Shown one piece after another: positions 28,788 through 39,231 of a stretch of DNA of 64,000 nucleotides; position 1 is the stretch's first letter; each line of letters opens with the position of its first letter. Position numbers and translations under genes: made by a program. Source of the DNA: an uncultured Armatimonadetes bacterium (GTDB lineage Bacteria; Armatimonadota; Hebobacteria; Hebobacterales; Hebobacteraceae); contig OY970296.1 in assembly GCA_963716175.1 (NCBI GenBank), forward strand, positions 864,001-928,000, given 5' to 3'. The notes beneath the pieces were generated by a model. It was not told where the DNA came from. It saw nothing but the letters and a program-made list of their open reading frames with translations, and did not search any database.

Positions 28788-30283
28788 GGGAAGGATACCC
28801 GCAGCTCTACAGAGATCACTTCATCGCCAGCGACCTGGCACGGCCCCCGCGTCTGGCGTAGAGCCGCTAACTGGCCGCTCGCCGTGGTCGCAGCCTGGGG
28901 ATGGATGCGCCCGGGCGGAACCAGATGCAAGTGGGCGCGAGCGCCGCGGTAAGACGTCTCAAATCCGCCATCAGCCAGCGCTTGCAGATTGCGGAAAAGG
29001 AAGTTCGCGGGCACGAGCTGGGCAAGGGAAGCCCGGCGCCGGAACCTGATCTCATCCCGGCAGACGAAGCCATCGGAGGCGAACTCGAAGCTGCGCACAT
29101 GCTGCGCCAGCGCCGAGACGCCTGCCAGGCCGGACTCGGTCAGCCGATATCCCAGTTGCTCTCGGAACGGGTAAGACCTGCCGTTGGCCAGCACCCCATA
29201 GGGCAACGGCATTTCCTCTGGATCAGTCCTTCTCTCCGCGCCATAGCACGGGAAAAGCGACACGCCATCTGCACAGACATAGGGAAAAGCGAGATCATTG
29301 GTCGAGGCGCCGCCCGGGCGGGCAAGAACGGCGGTATAGCGACCTTGCTGCCACAGCTTGAAGTCAGGGTGAGCCGGGGCCGAGTCTACCTCGCCGAGCA
29401 AAGCCATCGCCGGGCGGGCCGCCTTGAGCAGAAAGCACCCCAGGAACGGCAGGTAGTCGGCGTAGCGGTTGTAGCTGTACCAACCCGGGCGAAGCTCCGG
29501 TGACCAGGGCTCGGCCGGCTCCTCCTCCCGCAGCACCAGCGGGAAGGAGCCATCGGGCCGTCGGAATCTGAGGAGGTGGCCGAAGACCCGATCGGCAGCG
29601 GCGCGCAGAGGCTCTTGGCCGGTGATCTGCGCCGCGGCTTCGAGGAGAAAGATGAGCGCGCCGTATCCGAAGATCTGCTCTTGGCCGCGTCCCACGTAGA
29701 TGGCATCGCCGCTGGGCAGGACGAAGGGCGCGATGAAGTGGGCCGCACGCGCCGCGGCGCGGCCCGCCCACCGCCACCTGCGGCGGCGCCAGAGGTCCGT
29801 GAGCAAGGCTCCACAGAAGGCATGGTAGGCAAACGACCTGACACCGGGCCTGTCTGCGATGAAGCCCCTGCGCGCGTAGCGCAGGAGTGCAGCCCGCCCG
29901 TCGAGCGCCCCTCTTGCCGCCGGCACAGGCGGGCCCTCTTCTGCGCGGCAGACCGCCCTCAACAGCATCCAGTTCGCGGAGTGGCGTCGCCCGAAGCGCA
30001 GCCGCTCGAGCAGCGGCCTCACTGGCGCGGGCGCGCAGCCTGCACAGCTGAGGAGCGCGTAGGCATTGAACTCGCCATGGGTCCGGGGCGAATGCTCTAC
30101 CAGCCGCTGCCAGGCCTGCTCCGCCTGTTGCGCGAATTCCCCGCCGAAGTGGGACCAGAGCCAGAGGGAGAAGGCGACGCCGTAATGGTCGGGCCCAGGG
30201 AAGCTGCCATCCGGCCGCTGCCGCTCTGCCAGATAGCGAGCGATCTGGTGCGCCACCTCTTCGTAGTCGTCGCGCGGCGGCAT
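28784..30283 (-). CDS. Hypothetical protein, probable alpha/alpha-toroid plus beta-sandwich carbohydrate-active fold
   Basis: QRPDGSF repeats (QRPDGSFP, RRPDGSFP), SFAYHAF, YVGRGQEQIFGY; overlaps the DUF123 start. Confidence 0.6.
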   Translation of the reverse strand: MPPRDDYEEVAHQIARYLAERQRPDGSFPGPDHYGVAFSLWLWSHFGGEFAQQAEQAWQRLVEHSPRTHGEFNAYALLSCAGCAPAPVRPLLERLRFGRRHSANWMLLRAVCRAEEGPPVPAARGALDGRAALLRYARRGFIADRPGVRSFAYHAFCGALLTDLWRRRRWRWAGRAAARAAHFIAPFVLPSGDAIYVGRGQEQIFGYGALIFLLEAAAQITGQEPLRAAADRVFGHLLRFRRPDGSFPLVLREEEPAEPWSPELRPGWYSYNRYADYLPFLGCFLLKAARPAMALLGEVDSAPAHPDFKLWQQGRYTAVLARPGGASTNDLAFPYVCADGVSLFPCYGAERRTDPEEMPLPYGVLANGRSYPFREQLGYRLTESGLAGVSALAQHVRSFEFASDGFVCRDEIRFRRRASLAQLVPANFLFRNLQALADGGFETSYRGARAHLHLVPPGRIHPQAATTASGQLAALRQTRGPCQVAGDEVISVELRVSFP

Positions 30284-30481
30284 TTCCCGGGCCGACTACG
30301 CCGCCCACGCGGCCGGCCCCTGCGCCAGTCTTTCGGAGAGCGAGCGCTGAATGTGGAAGGAGTGCATGGAGGGCGGGCCGGCCCTGTGCCTGTCAGTCGT
30401 TGCCGGGTGATAACGCTATCGCCCGGAGGTTGGCGTGGCCGGTTATGCTACGTCCAGGCCAGTATGGAATGAGGGCACGAA

Positions 30482-31219
30482 ATGTGGGCCGACAGCTACC
30501 TTGACCTGCTGATCGCGAAGCTGGAGGAAGTGAGGGCCGCGGAGAGTTCGTCAATGACCAAGGCGGCCAGGGCGATGGCCAAGGCCCTCACCCAGGGCGG
30601 CATGATCTGGGTTTTTGGCTGCGGACACAGCGCGGCCCTGAGCATGGACATCTTCTACCGCGTGGGTGGACTGATGCTGGTGCAGCCGATCTTCGACGAG
30701 CGAGTTCTGCTTCATCACCGGCCGGTGACCGAGACCTCCGAATGGGAGCGCAAAGAAGGATGGGCGCCCAAGCTGTTCCAGGACTCTGGCGCTGGCCCCG
30801 ACGATGTCATGATCGTGCTCTCCACCAGTGGCCGCAATGGCGCCCCCGTAGACATGGCCCTGGCCTCCAAGCAGGCAGGCCTGCAGGTGATCGCGGTCAC
30901 CTCCCGGGCCTATTCGTCTTCCCAGCCCTCGCGCCATTCCAGTGGAAAGCGGGTGCATGAGGTCGCTGACATCGTGATAGATAACCACGCCCGGCCCGGC
31001 GACGCCGAGGTCGCGCTGCCAGGCCTGGAGCAGAGAGTGGGGCCGATGTCAACCGCGGTGGGCGCCGCCATCCTGCAGGCGCTCGTGGTGCAAACAGTCG
31101 CGGAGCTGCTGGCACGAGGAGAGACCCCGCCGGTGTTCGTCAGCGCAAACCTGCCGGGCGGAGACGAGTACAACCAGGCCGTGTTCGCCAAGTACCGGGA
31201 CAGAATCCGGTATCTGTAA
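30482..31219 (+). CDS. SIS domain sugar isomerase (UPF0309-like)
   Basis: FGCGHS, DIFYRVGGL, STSGRNGAPVDMA, SRHSSGK, VIDNH, SANLPGGD. Confidence 0.9.
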   Translation: MWADSYLDLLIAKLEEVRAAESSSMTKAARAMAKALTQGGMIWVFGCGHSAALSMDIFYRVGGLMLVQPIFDERVLLHHRPVTETSEWERKEGWAPKLFQDSGAGPDDVMIVLSTSGRNGAPVDMALASKQAGLQVIAVTSRAYSSSQPSRHSSGKRVHEVADIVIDNHARPGDAEVALPGLEQRVGPMSTAVGAAILQALVVQTVAELLARGETPPVFVSANLPGGDEYNQAVFAKYRDRIRYL

Positions 31220-31248
31220 CCAGCAGTCGCGGCGGAGGGGGGAACCAG

Positions 31249-34200
31249 ATGGCAGCAAGAGTAGGAACCATTCATCTGGCGCCATGCTTCCCTTGCCATT
31301 CGTTCGGCGCCGATCACGGGCTCAACTTCAGCCAGGTCTTCGCGCTCTTCCGCCAGCACCTGGAGGTCTGTCGGCAAGATGCCGGCTATCATCTCACCCT
31401 CCCGGACTCCCACTGGCTGCGGGCGTTCCTGGCCGTGCATGGCGAGGAGAGAGAGTTCGTCAGAGATCTGGTGGCAGGGGGCCGCCTGCAGCTCGGCGGC
31501 AGCTACCATCAGCCCTGCGCGGCTGGCCTTGAGGTAGAGGGCATGATCCGCGACCTGCAGCAGGGCCGGCGCTACGTCGAGGAGTTGAGGCAGCTTGCCC
31601 GCAGCACCGCTGCGCCGGAGGCCCTGCCTGAGATGTGCCTCTCCCTCGCTGGGTGCGACGATTACCCTCAACTCCCCCAGATTGCAGCCAAGATGGGTTT
31701 CCAGGCCTCGGTCTGCTCGCCAGTCGCCCCCGACATTCCTCCCCTCGGCTTTGCCATCGCGCCCGACGGCAGCCAACTGCTGCAGATGCAGACGCCTTGC
31801 CGAGCCTATCCCGACAGCCTGGATGAGCTGCTGAAATGGTCGCGCGAGGGAGCTGCGTCGCAGGGCGCGCTCGCCTTCAGTCATGACCTGGTGCTGTTGA
31901 GCTCCGGTCGGGCAGGGCTCCCGGATTGGCTCATCGGCCCCCGGGAGGAGTCGGCCGAGGGGCTCCCTCCAGTCACGATCAGCACACCGCAGCACTACCT
32001 GGCAGCGGTGAAGCCAGAGATCGAAGCCCAACCGGAGGCGATTCCGCTCATCGGCCGCGCACTCCCGTGCTGTCCTCCGCGGGCGGCGCGGTTGCCGGCC
32101 GATCTGGAGATCGTCAGCCGGCGGGCCGAGAATCGGCTTCTCGATGCCGAGAAGTGGGCGACGCTGGCCGCGCTGGCGGGAGCGCGGTACCCCGATGCGG
32201 CCCTGGACAAGGCCTGGCGGCTGCTCCTGTCCGGGCAGCATTGCCAGGCCGTCGCCGCCCTCGATGATCGCTTCTCCTTCCTCGACCTGATGGCCGGCTA
32301 TCGCGAGGCCCTGGAACTGACCGCCGAGGTGGAGGAGAGGGCCCAAGGCTACATTGCAGAGCGAGTCCAGACCGATTGTGGCCCGCATGCGCGGCAGCGG
32401 TCCGGCGCACTGGTCGTGTTCAATGCTCTGGGGTGGCGGCGGACCGATGTCTGTCGGGCGCGAGTCGCGCTGACACGCACGCTTCCCTCTGGGTTCGAGC
32501 TGCGCGATGATCGCGGGCGCCAGGTAGCGGCCCAACTAACGGCTGTGTCGTCGCAAGGCGAGCAGCCGTGGGCGGAGGTGGCCTTCCTGGCCAGCGATGT
32601 CCCCTCGCTCGGCTACCGCACCTTCTACCTCGCGCCCGCCCGCGGGATGCCCCCGGAGGCGGCGCCTGTCAGCTCCGAAGGTACGGTAATCGAGAACGAG
32701 CACTTCGCCGTTCGCGCCGACCCGGCCGCTGGCGGCGGGCTGGTCAGCATCTACGACAAGAAGGCGAAGCGGGAGCTGCTCAACCCGGCTCTAGGGCCCG
32801 CGAACGAGCTGATCGCGATCGCCGAACAGATCGGGCAAGAGCCCCTGGTCTGGGAGCTGCCCTCCATCCATGCAGTAAGGTCAGGTGCGCTTCCGGCCGA
32901 AGTCTCTTTGCACCAGGGCCCGGTGTTCAGCCACCTCAGCATCAGCGGCGAGCTGCCAGGCCGATGCCAGCTGAAGCAACAAGTCATCCTCTATCGCGGG
33001 CTCCGGCGGGTTGACCTGCGCACTACGTTGGAGGGATACCAGGGAGAGCGCGAACTGCTGGCACTGTCCTTCCCGCTCGCCGTGGCGGGCCCACCGACCT
33101 TCGGAGATCGCGGTGCGGCCGTGGTCGGGGAGCAGGGCCCTGGCCTGCGGATGGCTCATAGCTGGCTGGATATCGGCCCCGCGCTCTCGCTAGCCATCAT
33201 GGACGGGGCGCGGCCAGTCGGTGGCGTCCCCCTCGGTCCCTGCGTCATCATCACCTCTGGCCATCCACAGGAACGAGCTGTGCTTCCCGCGCTCATGCAA
33301 GCTCTGCTCAGCCGCGGCATCACCTGCATTCCGCGGCCAGATACGGAAGACCCGGAGGTTGACGGGTCGCCCTGCGTTTTCCGCCTAAGCCTAGGCCGCG
33401 GCAACGCCTACTCGCGGCGAGTGCTGGCAAGCGCGCCGATGGCGAGTGACGGGCTGGAGAGAATGCTGAACGGAAGCGAGTGGGCCGGGGTGTTGTTGGC
33501 AGGTCCCGCAGGACCCGGGCAGGAGATGCAGGTCCCAGTGCTGGTGGCGGACACGGCCAGCCCGGAAGGGATGCCCCGGCTCTTGTCTCTGCTCGCCCGG
33601 GCCATCCAGGCCGACCGGCTGCAGATACCGGCCTCCTGCGACTTCTCAGGCCTGGCGAAGCCCAAGCTCGACTACGGCCTCGCGCTGCTCAACCGGGGCA
33701 CACCCGGGGCCGGCTTGAGCCGCGATGGAACGCTCATCGCACTGCTCCGCCCGACGGCCGGCGGACGGGCCTGCCAGGCCGCCAGCGAGGACCTGGCGCC
33801 GCGAGCCGGATCCCACGTCTTTGAGCACGCCCTGCTGCCTCACCCTGGCGACTGGCGAGCCGCAGGTGTAGTGCGGGCGGGCTATGAGTTCAACCACCCG
33901 CTGCGCGCGGTGCAGGTGGCCTGTGGGAAGGCGCCTGCTGACTCGCGCAACCACGACCCCGCCACAGGGCCGGCGGGCGAGAAGAGCAGATTCAGGCAGG
34001 GGCCGCGGCCGCTTCCTTCGGCGGGCCTTGGCATGCCCACCCTACAGCCTACCTTCAGCTTAGTGTCTGTGGACGCGCCCGATGTCATCATCACCGCGGT
34101 GCGCCCGGCCGGGAGCCCCGCCACCGATCAGACCCTGCCCGACCCGTCGGCAGCGGACCACGCGGTCCTGGTTCGGCTCTACGAGGCGGTCGGCAAGTCC

Positions 34201-35154
34201 GTGAAGGTGCGGCTCGCCTTCGGCGCGGAACCACGACAGGCCTGGCTCGCTGACCTGACTGATCGGAAGACCGAGGAGTTGCCCATCACCAGGCCTGGTT
34301 GGAGGGTAGGCCATTCTGTCCGGCTGCGGGCCCGCCGGGGTGGACAGACTAGGGGCCTGCTCACAGTGCCGCTAGCAGTCCCGTCCTGTGGGATCATCAC
34401 GGTGGCGGCGCGGCTGGCGCCTCTCGGGGCCGGTGGCGCATCAACGGCCGGCGGGCCTACCGCCGGCCCGCCGTATCGGGAGCTTGGCCCCGTTGCGGAG
34501 CCCTGTAGTCCGCTCCACTGTCGCTACTGGGACCACAATCTCGGCGTCGCCCCCGTAGGCAATCAGCCCGTCACCCTGTGGCTGCGCGGGCCCATCCCGG
34601 TGGGCAAGAACACGCGCTTCACCCTGGGGTTGAGCAACGATTATCGCGACCGGGAGATCAGCGGGCGCGTGCGCGTGATCGCCCCCCAGGAGTGGCCTCT
34701 CCTTCCGCGGGAGGTGCCATATCGCATCGCGCCGGGGTCACAGGCGGTATACGAAGTGATGGTCGTCGTGCCGCCCGATGCCTCGCCTTGCTTCCTGCGC
34801 GCCGTCACCGAGGACGGCGATCGCGTGCTTCAGGATGTTATCCCTATCGGCGACATCCTCCCGCTGGCTGCCTCCCTGAGGTGGCAGGAAGACGGACTCC
34901 TGCTGGAGGTGAGGAACCCGAACCCCGATTTCGTCGAGGGACAGGCGGCGATCATCACGCCCGTGGCATCATGGGGAGGTGCAGTGGACAGCCTCGCTCT
35001 CGCCGCGGTGACCCCAAGACTGTATGCCTTCCGCCTGGAGCCAGCCCAGCAGAAACGCTTCGCCTACCGATGGGAAGGCGCGCGACAAGGTCTGTGGGCA
35101 GTGGCGAAGGTGATGTGGTACGGGAACGTCCAGTATACCGAGAAGGCCCGGTAG
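31249..35154 (+). CDS. GH38 alpha-mannosidase-like protein with degenerate active-site motifs
   Basis: GH38 architecture (LVAGGRLQLGGSYHQP, AEKWATLA, LDKAWRLLL, VVFNALGWRRTD, VPSLGYRTF, LVSIYDK, GYEFNHPL, VRLYEA) plus a NEW3-like C-terminal region. Confidence 0.8.
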   Translation: MAARVGTIHLAPCFPCHSFGADHGLNFSQVFALFRQHLEVCRQDAGYHLTLPDSHWLRAFLAVHGEEREFVRDLVAGGRLQLGGSYHQPCAAGLEVEGMIRDLQQGRRYVEELRQLARSTAAPEALPEMCLSLAGCDDYPQLPQIAAKMGFQASVCSPVAPDIPPLGFAIAPDGSQLLQMQTPCRAYPDSLDELLKWSREGAASQGALAFSHDLVLLSSGRAGLPDWLIGPREESAEGLPPVTISTPQHYLAAVKPEIEAQPEAIPLIGRALPCCPPRAARLPADLEIVSRRAENRLLDAEKWATLAALAGARYPDAALDKAWRLLLSGQHCQAVAALDDRFSFLDLMAGYREALELTAEVEERAQGYIAERVQTDCGPHARQRSGALVVFNALGWRRTDVCRARVALTRTLPSGFELRDDRGRQVAAQLTAVSSQGEQPWAEVAFLASDVPSLGYRTFYLAPARGMPPEAAPVSSEGTVIENEHFAVRADPAAGGGLVSIYDKKAKRELLNPALGPANELIAIAEQIGQEPLVWELPSIHAVRSGALPAEVSLHQGPVFSHLSISGELPGRCQLKQQVILYRGLRRVDLRTTLEGYQGERELLALSFPLAVAGPPTFGDRGAAVVGEQGPGLRMAHSWLDIGPALSLAIMDGARPVGGVPLGPCVIITSGHPQERAVLPALMQALLSRGITCIPRPDTEDPEVDGSPCVFRLSLGRGNAYSRRVLASAPMASDGLERMLNGSEWAGVLLAGPAGPGQEMQVPVLVADTASPEGMPRLLSLLARAIQADRLQIPASCDFSGLAKPKLDYGLALLNRGTPGAGLSRDGTLIALLRPTAGGRACQAASEDLAPRAGSHVFEHALLPHPGDWRAAGVVRAGYEFNHPLRAVQVACGKAPADSRNHDPATGPAGEKSRFRQGPRPLPSAGLGMPTLQPTFSLVSVDAPDVIITAVRPAGSPATDQTLPDPSAADHAVLVRLYEAVGKSVKVRLAFGAEPRQAWLADLTDRKTEELPITRPGWRVGHSVRLRARRGGQTRGLLTVPLAVPSCGIITVAARLAPLGAGGASTAGGPTAGPPYRELGPVAEPCSPLHCRYWDHNLGVAPVGNQPVTLWLRGPIPVGKNTRFTLGLSNDYRDREISGRVRVIAPQEWPLLPREVPYRIAPGSQAVYEVMVVVPPDASPCFLRAVTEDGDRVLQDVIPIGDILPLAASLRWQEDGLLLEVRNPNPDFVEGQAAIITPVASWGGAVDSLALAAVTPRLYAFRLEPAQQKRFAYRWEGARQGLWAVAKVMWYGNVQYTEKAR

Positions 35155-35343
35155 CGGAACCCCCCCGCGGGCGCTCACCATGCGGGACCAGCGGCGCGAC
35201 CGAGAAGCGCCGTCCCTAGAGCGCATTTCATAACCTACCTGTTGGCTGGCCGCACCACGCCCTCGCATGAAATGCGCCTGCCACTGCCTGACGTTGTGCA
35301 GTGCTGTCTCATAGCCTCCCCTGGGGAGGTTATGAGACAGCTT

Positions 35344-36423
35344 CTACTCATCCCTCCGCAGCTTCGCCTCCAGCTCGGCCAGGCGGCGCTCCAGTTCCCG
35401 CACTGTCCGCAGCAACTCCGGCAGGCGGGCGGTGGCCGCATCGATGCGAAACTGCTCCCGCCGGGGACGGGCCGGACGGCCCCACACCACCGCTCCTGGC
35501 GCGACATCGCCAATCACCGCGGCCCCCCCGCCCACCCGCGCCCCCTCCCCTACCATCAAGTGATCCGCCACTCCCGATTGGCCGGCCAGAATGGCGCCAT
35601 CCCCGATGATCACACTGCCGGAGATGCCCACCTGGCCCATCAGCAAACAGTGCCGGCCGATCTTCACATTGTGGGCGATGTGCACCAGGTTGTCTATCTT
35701 GGTGCCTTGCCCGATGACGGTAGCGCCAGTGGTGGCGCGGTCCACTGTCACATTGGCCCCAATCTCCACATCGTCCTCGATCACCACGGTGCCGATATGG
35801 GGCATGCGGACATGCCGCTCGCCGTCTTGGGCGTAGCCGAACCCTTCGCCCCCGATCACGCTCCCGGCCTGCACTAGCACGCGCGCGCCCAGCGACACCC
35901 GATCATGGATAGTGACGTGCGAGCGGATCTCAGTTTCCGCCCCAATCCGCACCCCGCGCCCGACCACAACCAGCGCCTGCATCTGCACCCGCGGGCCGAT
36001 CTCGCAGCCGTCCCCGATCACGCAGTAGGGACCAACTGCTACCTGTGCCGCCACGGCGGCGGTTTCGGGCGCGCCGCCTCTCCTTTCCCCGAATATCACC
36101 TCCCGGCCTATCTGCGCCGTGGGGTGAATGCCTACGGTGGGAGGGCGCGCCGGGAAAAGCACGCGGAGAGCGCGGGCGAAGGCCAGCCGGGGGTTGGCCA
36201 CTCGCAGCAGCGGCTTGTCCCTCGGCTCCAGCTGAAGCGGCGCGATCAACGCCAGCGCCGGGCTGGCCTCACCCTCGGCCAGGCGACGATCGTTCTCCAC
36301 ATAAGCGACATGGCCCGGGGCCGCGTTGTCCAGGCCAGAGATCCCCTGCACCACAGCCTCGGGGTTCCCGCCCACCAGCTCAGCCCCCAGCGCCTCTGCC
36401 AGGTCCTTTAAGGTCATTGGCAT
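35344..36423 (-). CDS. lpxD: UDP-3-O-(3-hydroxyacyl)glucosamine N-acyltransferase
   Basis: Hexapeptide repeats, GGEGFGY, HIGTVVIEDDVEIGANVTVDRAT, GTKIDNLVHIAHNVKIG. Confidence 0.95.
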   Translation of the reverse strand: MPMTLKDLAEALGAELVGGNPEAVVQGISGLDNAAPGHVAYVENDRRLAEGEASPALALIAPLQLEPRDKPLLRVANPRLAFARALRVLFPARPPTVGIHPTAQIGREVIFGERRGGAPETAAVAAQVAVGPYCVIGDGCEIGPRVQMQALVVVGRGVRIGAETEIRSHVTIHDRVSLGARVLVQAGSVIGGEGFGYAQDGERHVRMPHIGTVVIEDDVEIGANVTVDRATTGATVIGQGTKIDNLVHIAHNVKIGRHCLLMGQVGISGSVIIGDGAILAGQSGVADHLMVGEGARVGGGAAVIGDVAPGAVVWGRPARPRREQFRIDAATARLPELLRTVRELERRLAELEAKLRRDE

Positions 36424-36464
36424 GCTGGCCTCAATGACAGGAAGCGGCACCCCTTCGGCCCCGC

Positions 36465-37199
36465 CTACTTGGGCTTCTCCGCCGGCCTCTCAGGAGGGCC
36501 TGACGTCTCGACCAGCTTGGGCACGGGGCCCGACTGCATGGCGATCGCGGGCAGCGGCGCAGCGTTGAGCTTGGCGATCACCTCTTCGCTGATGTCAAGT
36601 CCCCCGTAGAGGACAATCTCCTTGCGCACTACTATCGGCAGCTTCTTCTCCTGCGCCACCGCCTTTACGGCAGTGTTGACGCTGTCCGTGATGATCCTGG
36701 AGAACTCCTCGTACTTGGCCAGCACCGCCTTCTGGGCATCACCCTGAAGGGCATTGCCCTCATCCGTGCGCTGCTTGTAGACCCGGTCGAGCTTCTGGTA
36801 CTCCTGCTCTTCGTCCGGGGTGCGATCCTTCTTCTGGCCCAGGTCCAGCAGCCTGCGGCTGCGCTCATCGGACAGCTTCTCCAGGTCGGCCAGGCGCTTG
36901 TCTCGCTCCGCCGTGGGGGCCGCGGTGGGGGCGCAGAGATCGAGGTATTCCCTCTGCTCGTCATCGAATAGCAGCCGGTTCTTCTGGTGCCGCTGAACCT
37001 GCCCCTCCTGCTGCTTCTGGAACTCCTGGAACTGCTGGTTCAGGAGTTGCATCCCCTTGTACTCGCCAGAGACGCGGTCCATGTCCACTACCCCCCAGCT
37101 GGGAGTGGAGGCAGGTGCGGCGGCGGCCGCGGCCGCGGATCCCCCGGCGACTGCCACCAGGCCTGCGCTCAGGGCAAGCGCCAGGATAAGCTGTTTCAT
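36465..37199 (-). CDS. skp: OmpH/Skp periplasmic chaperone
   Basis: Signal peptide, GVVDMDRV, coiled coil, VLYGGLDISEEVIAKL; lies between bamA and lpxD. Confidence 0.85.
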   Translation of the reverse strand: MKQLILALALSAGLVAVAGGSAAAAAAAPASTPSWGVVDMDRVSGEYKGMQLLNQQFQEFQKQQEGQVQRHQKNRLLFDDEQREYLDLCAPTAAPTAERDKRLADLEKLSDERSRRLLDLGQKKDRTPDEEQEYQKLDRVYKQRTDEGNALQGDAQKAVLAKYEEFSRIITDSVNTAVKAVAQEKKLPIVVRKEIVLYGGLDISEEVIAKLNAAPLPAIAMQSGPVPKLVETSGPPERPAEKPK

Positions 37200-37271
37200 C
37201 AGGTCACTCCACTTCTCCCGCCTTCCAGCGGGGAGGCTGCCGCAGCAGCAACACCATCTCGCCACCGCGGG

Positions 37272-39197
37272 TCAGAACATGTGAGAGACGCCAAAGTGAG
37301 TCTCGGTTCCCTCCTTGCTGAACCCGAGGTCCAGCCGGAGGGGGCCCACCGGAGTCTGCACTCGCACCCCGACCCCATAGCCAAGGTGAGCAGTGAAGGA
37401 CTTGTCCCCCTGGAAGAAGGGGTCGGCGGCGATACTCCCGCCCCAGGCATCGCCTACGTCCACGAACCCGACGCCGATCAGGTTGCTGCTCAGCGGGAAG
37501 CGCAACTCGGTGTTGAGGATCGCCATATGGGAGCCGGCGAAGCGATCCACCCGGAAGCCTCTCAGGGAATCCGGGCCCCCGATCAGGAACTGCTCCAGAT
37601 AGGGCGCGTCACCGGTGGTGGTGCCCACCAGCAGCCGCGTCGCTAACACCATGCGCTTGCCGGCCGGCAGGTAGCGGCGGTTGTCCATGGAGTACTTGTT
37701 GAAGTGCGACCCTCCGAACAGGCCGGCCAGCTCCACCGAGAATTGCTGGAAGGCGCCGGCGCGCGGATTGTACAGGTTATCCCTGGTATCGGTGATGGTG
37801 GCCAGCGTGAGGCTGCGCACTTCGCGCGGTGCAAAGGCAGGGCCGGTCAGGAAGGGGAGATCCTCCGTCGCGATATCGGACAAGGACACATCGTCTCGCC
37901 GCAGCCCCACGTAGGCAACGGTGTGGTCTGAGAGTGGCCGGCCCAGCGTCAGGTTCCCGCCGGCGCGCCGCTCCCGGTAGAGGACGCTGCGCTGGGTCCC
38001 GTCGGGCGCGCTGACGAACGCCTCCCGCAGGATGAACCGGTCGTAGATCCCCAGGCTCAGCCTGGTCTCCGGGGTCATGATCCACGGGTTGCGATAGCCC
38101 AGCTCGTAGCTCCTCCGGCCCCCGAACTCGCCCCGCAGCGTCACCATCTGCCCGGTGCCGCGAAGGTTATTCTTGGTCAGGTCGACAAACCCAATCACAC
38201 CTTGCACCGAGGTGTAGGCCCCGCCGAAGGTAGCCTGGCCGGTGCGCTGCTTCTCCACCACGGTGATGATGAGGATCACCTTCCCCGGCTCCGTGCCCAC
38301 CTCCGCATCCCGCCGCACGGTCTCGAAGTAGCCCGTGTTAGTGAGCCGGGCCACGTCCTGGGCCACCTTCTTGTCATTGTAGGTCTCACCGGGCTTGGTC
38401 CGGATATAGCGCTGGATCACATACATCTTGGTGTAGGTGTTGCCGGTGACCTTGATGGATTCGATCACCCCCTCCGCGATCACCAGGGTGAGCACGCCCT
38501 CCTCTGATAGGCGCTGACTGACCACGATCGCCAGGATGTAACCCTTGGAGCGATAGAGCTCCTCAATCGCCTGCGCGTCCTGGGCCAGCCGGTAGACGTT
38601 GTACACCGTCCCCGGCTTGGTCTTCATCACGGCCAGCAGCTGCTCCCGGGTCAGCTCCTTGATCCCCTCGAACTGGATGCTGCGGACCACTGGGTTCTCG
38701 GTGACCCGGAACACCAGTCGCACTCCATTCTCCGTCATATCACGCTCTACCGCCGCCGTCTGAAACCACCCCAGGTTGAGGATGGCCTGCCGGTCGCGCG
38801 CCACCTGCTCCTCTGAGTAGGGCCCACCCACCTTGCTCGTCACCGCGGCCAGGATCTCCTGAGTCGCGATCTGCTGGTTCCCCACCACCTCGATGCTCAC
38901 GATCGGGGGCGGCACGGTCGGCATCGGCATCGCCGGCTGGGTAACGCTCGTCTCCGGAGCCAGCGCCGGCTGCGGCGAACTGGGGACGGTGCTGACCTCG
39001 GGTTCCGCAGTCAGTGTCGGCGTCACTTCCGGGAGCAGCGCGGGCTGCGGCTCACTGGGGGAGGGCGGGACCGAAGGTGGGGCGGATGGCGCGGCCGGGG
39101 GCGCCGCTTCCGCCGCCAGCAGGCCGGGGGCGGCCACACCTAGAGTCAGCAGGCAGAGCAGCAACCCCAGCACGCGTGGCAGCATGGTCTTCTTCAA
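37272..39197 (-). CDS. bamA: BamA/Omp85 outer membrane assembly protein (three POTRA domains)
   Basis: Three POTRA repeats, GGPDSLRGF, FVDVGDAW, TPVGPLRLDLG, C-terminal Phe. Confidence 0.92.
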   Translation of the reverse strand: MKKTMLPRVLGLLLCLLTLGVAAPGLLAAEAAPPAAPSAPPSVPPSPSEPQPALLPEVTPTLTAEPEVSTVPSSPQPALAPETSVTQPAMPMPTVPPPIVSIEVVGNQQIATQEILAAVTSKVGGPYSEEQVARDRQAILNLGWFQTAAVERDMTENGVRLVFRVTENPVVRSIQFEGIKELTREQLLAVMKTKPGTVYNVYRLAQDAQAIEELYRSKGYILAIVVSQRLSEEGVLTLVIAEGVIESIKVTGNTYTKMYVIQRYIRTKPGETYNDKKVAQDVARLTNTGYFETVRRDAEVGTEPGKVILIITVVEKQRTGQATFGGAYTSVQGVIGFVDLTKNNLRGTGQMVTLRGEFGGRRSYELGYRNPWIMTPETRLSLGIYDRFILREAFVSAPDGTQRSVLYRERRAGGNLTLGRPLSDHTVAYVGLRRDDVSLSDIATEDLPFLTGPAFAPREVRSLTLATITDTRDNLYNPRAGAFQQFSVELAGLFGGSHFNKYSMDNRRYLPAGKRMVLATRLLVGTTTGDAPYLEQFLIGGPDSLRGFRVDRFAGSHMAILNTELRFPLSSNLIGVGFVDVGDAWGGSIAADPFFQGDKSFTAHLGYGVGVRVQTPVGPLRLDLGFSKEGTETHFGVSHMF

Positions 39198-39231
39198 GAT
39201 CTCGTCTCCTCCCCTACGCGCCCGCCCTGTC

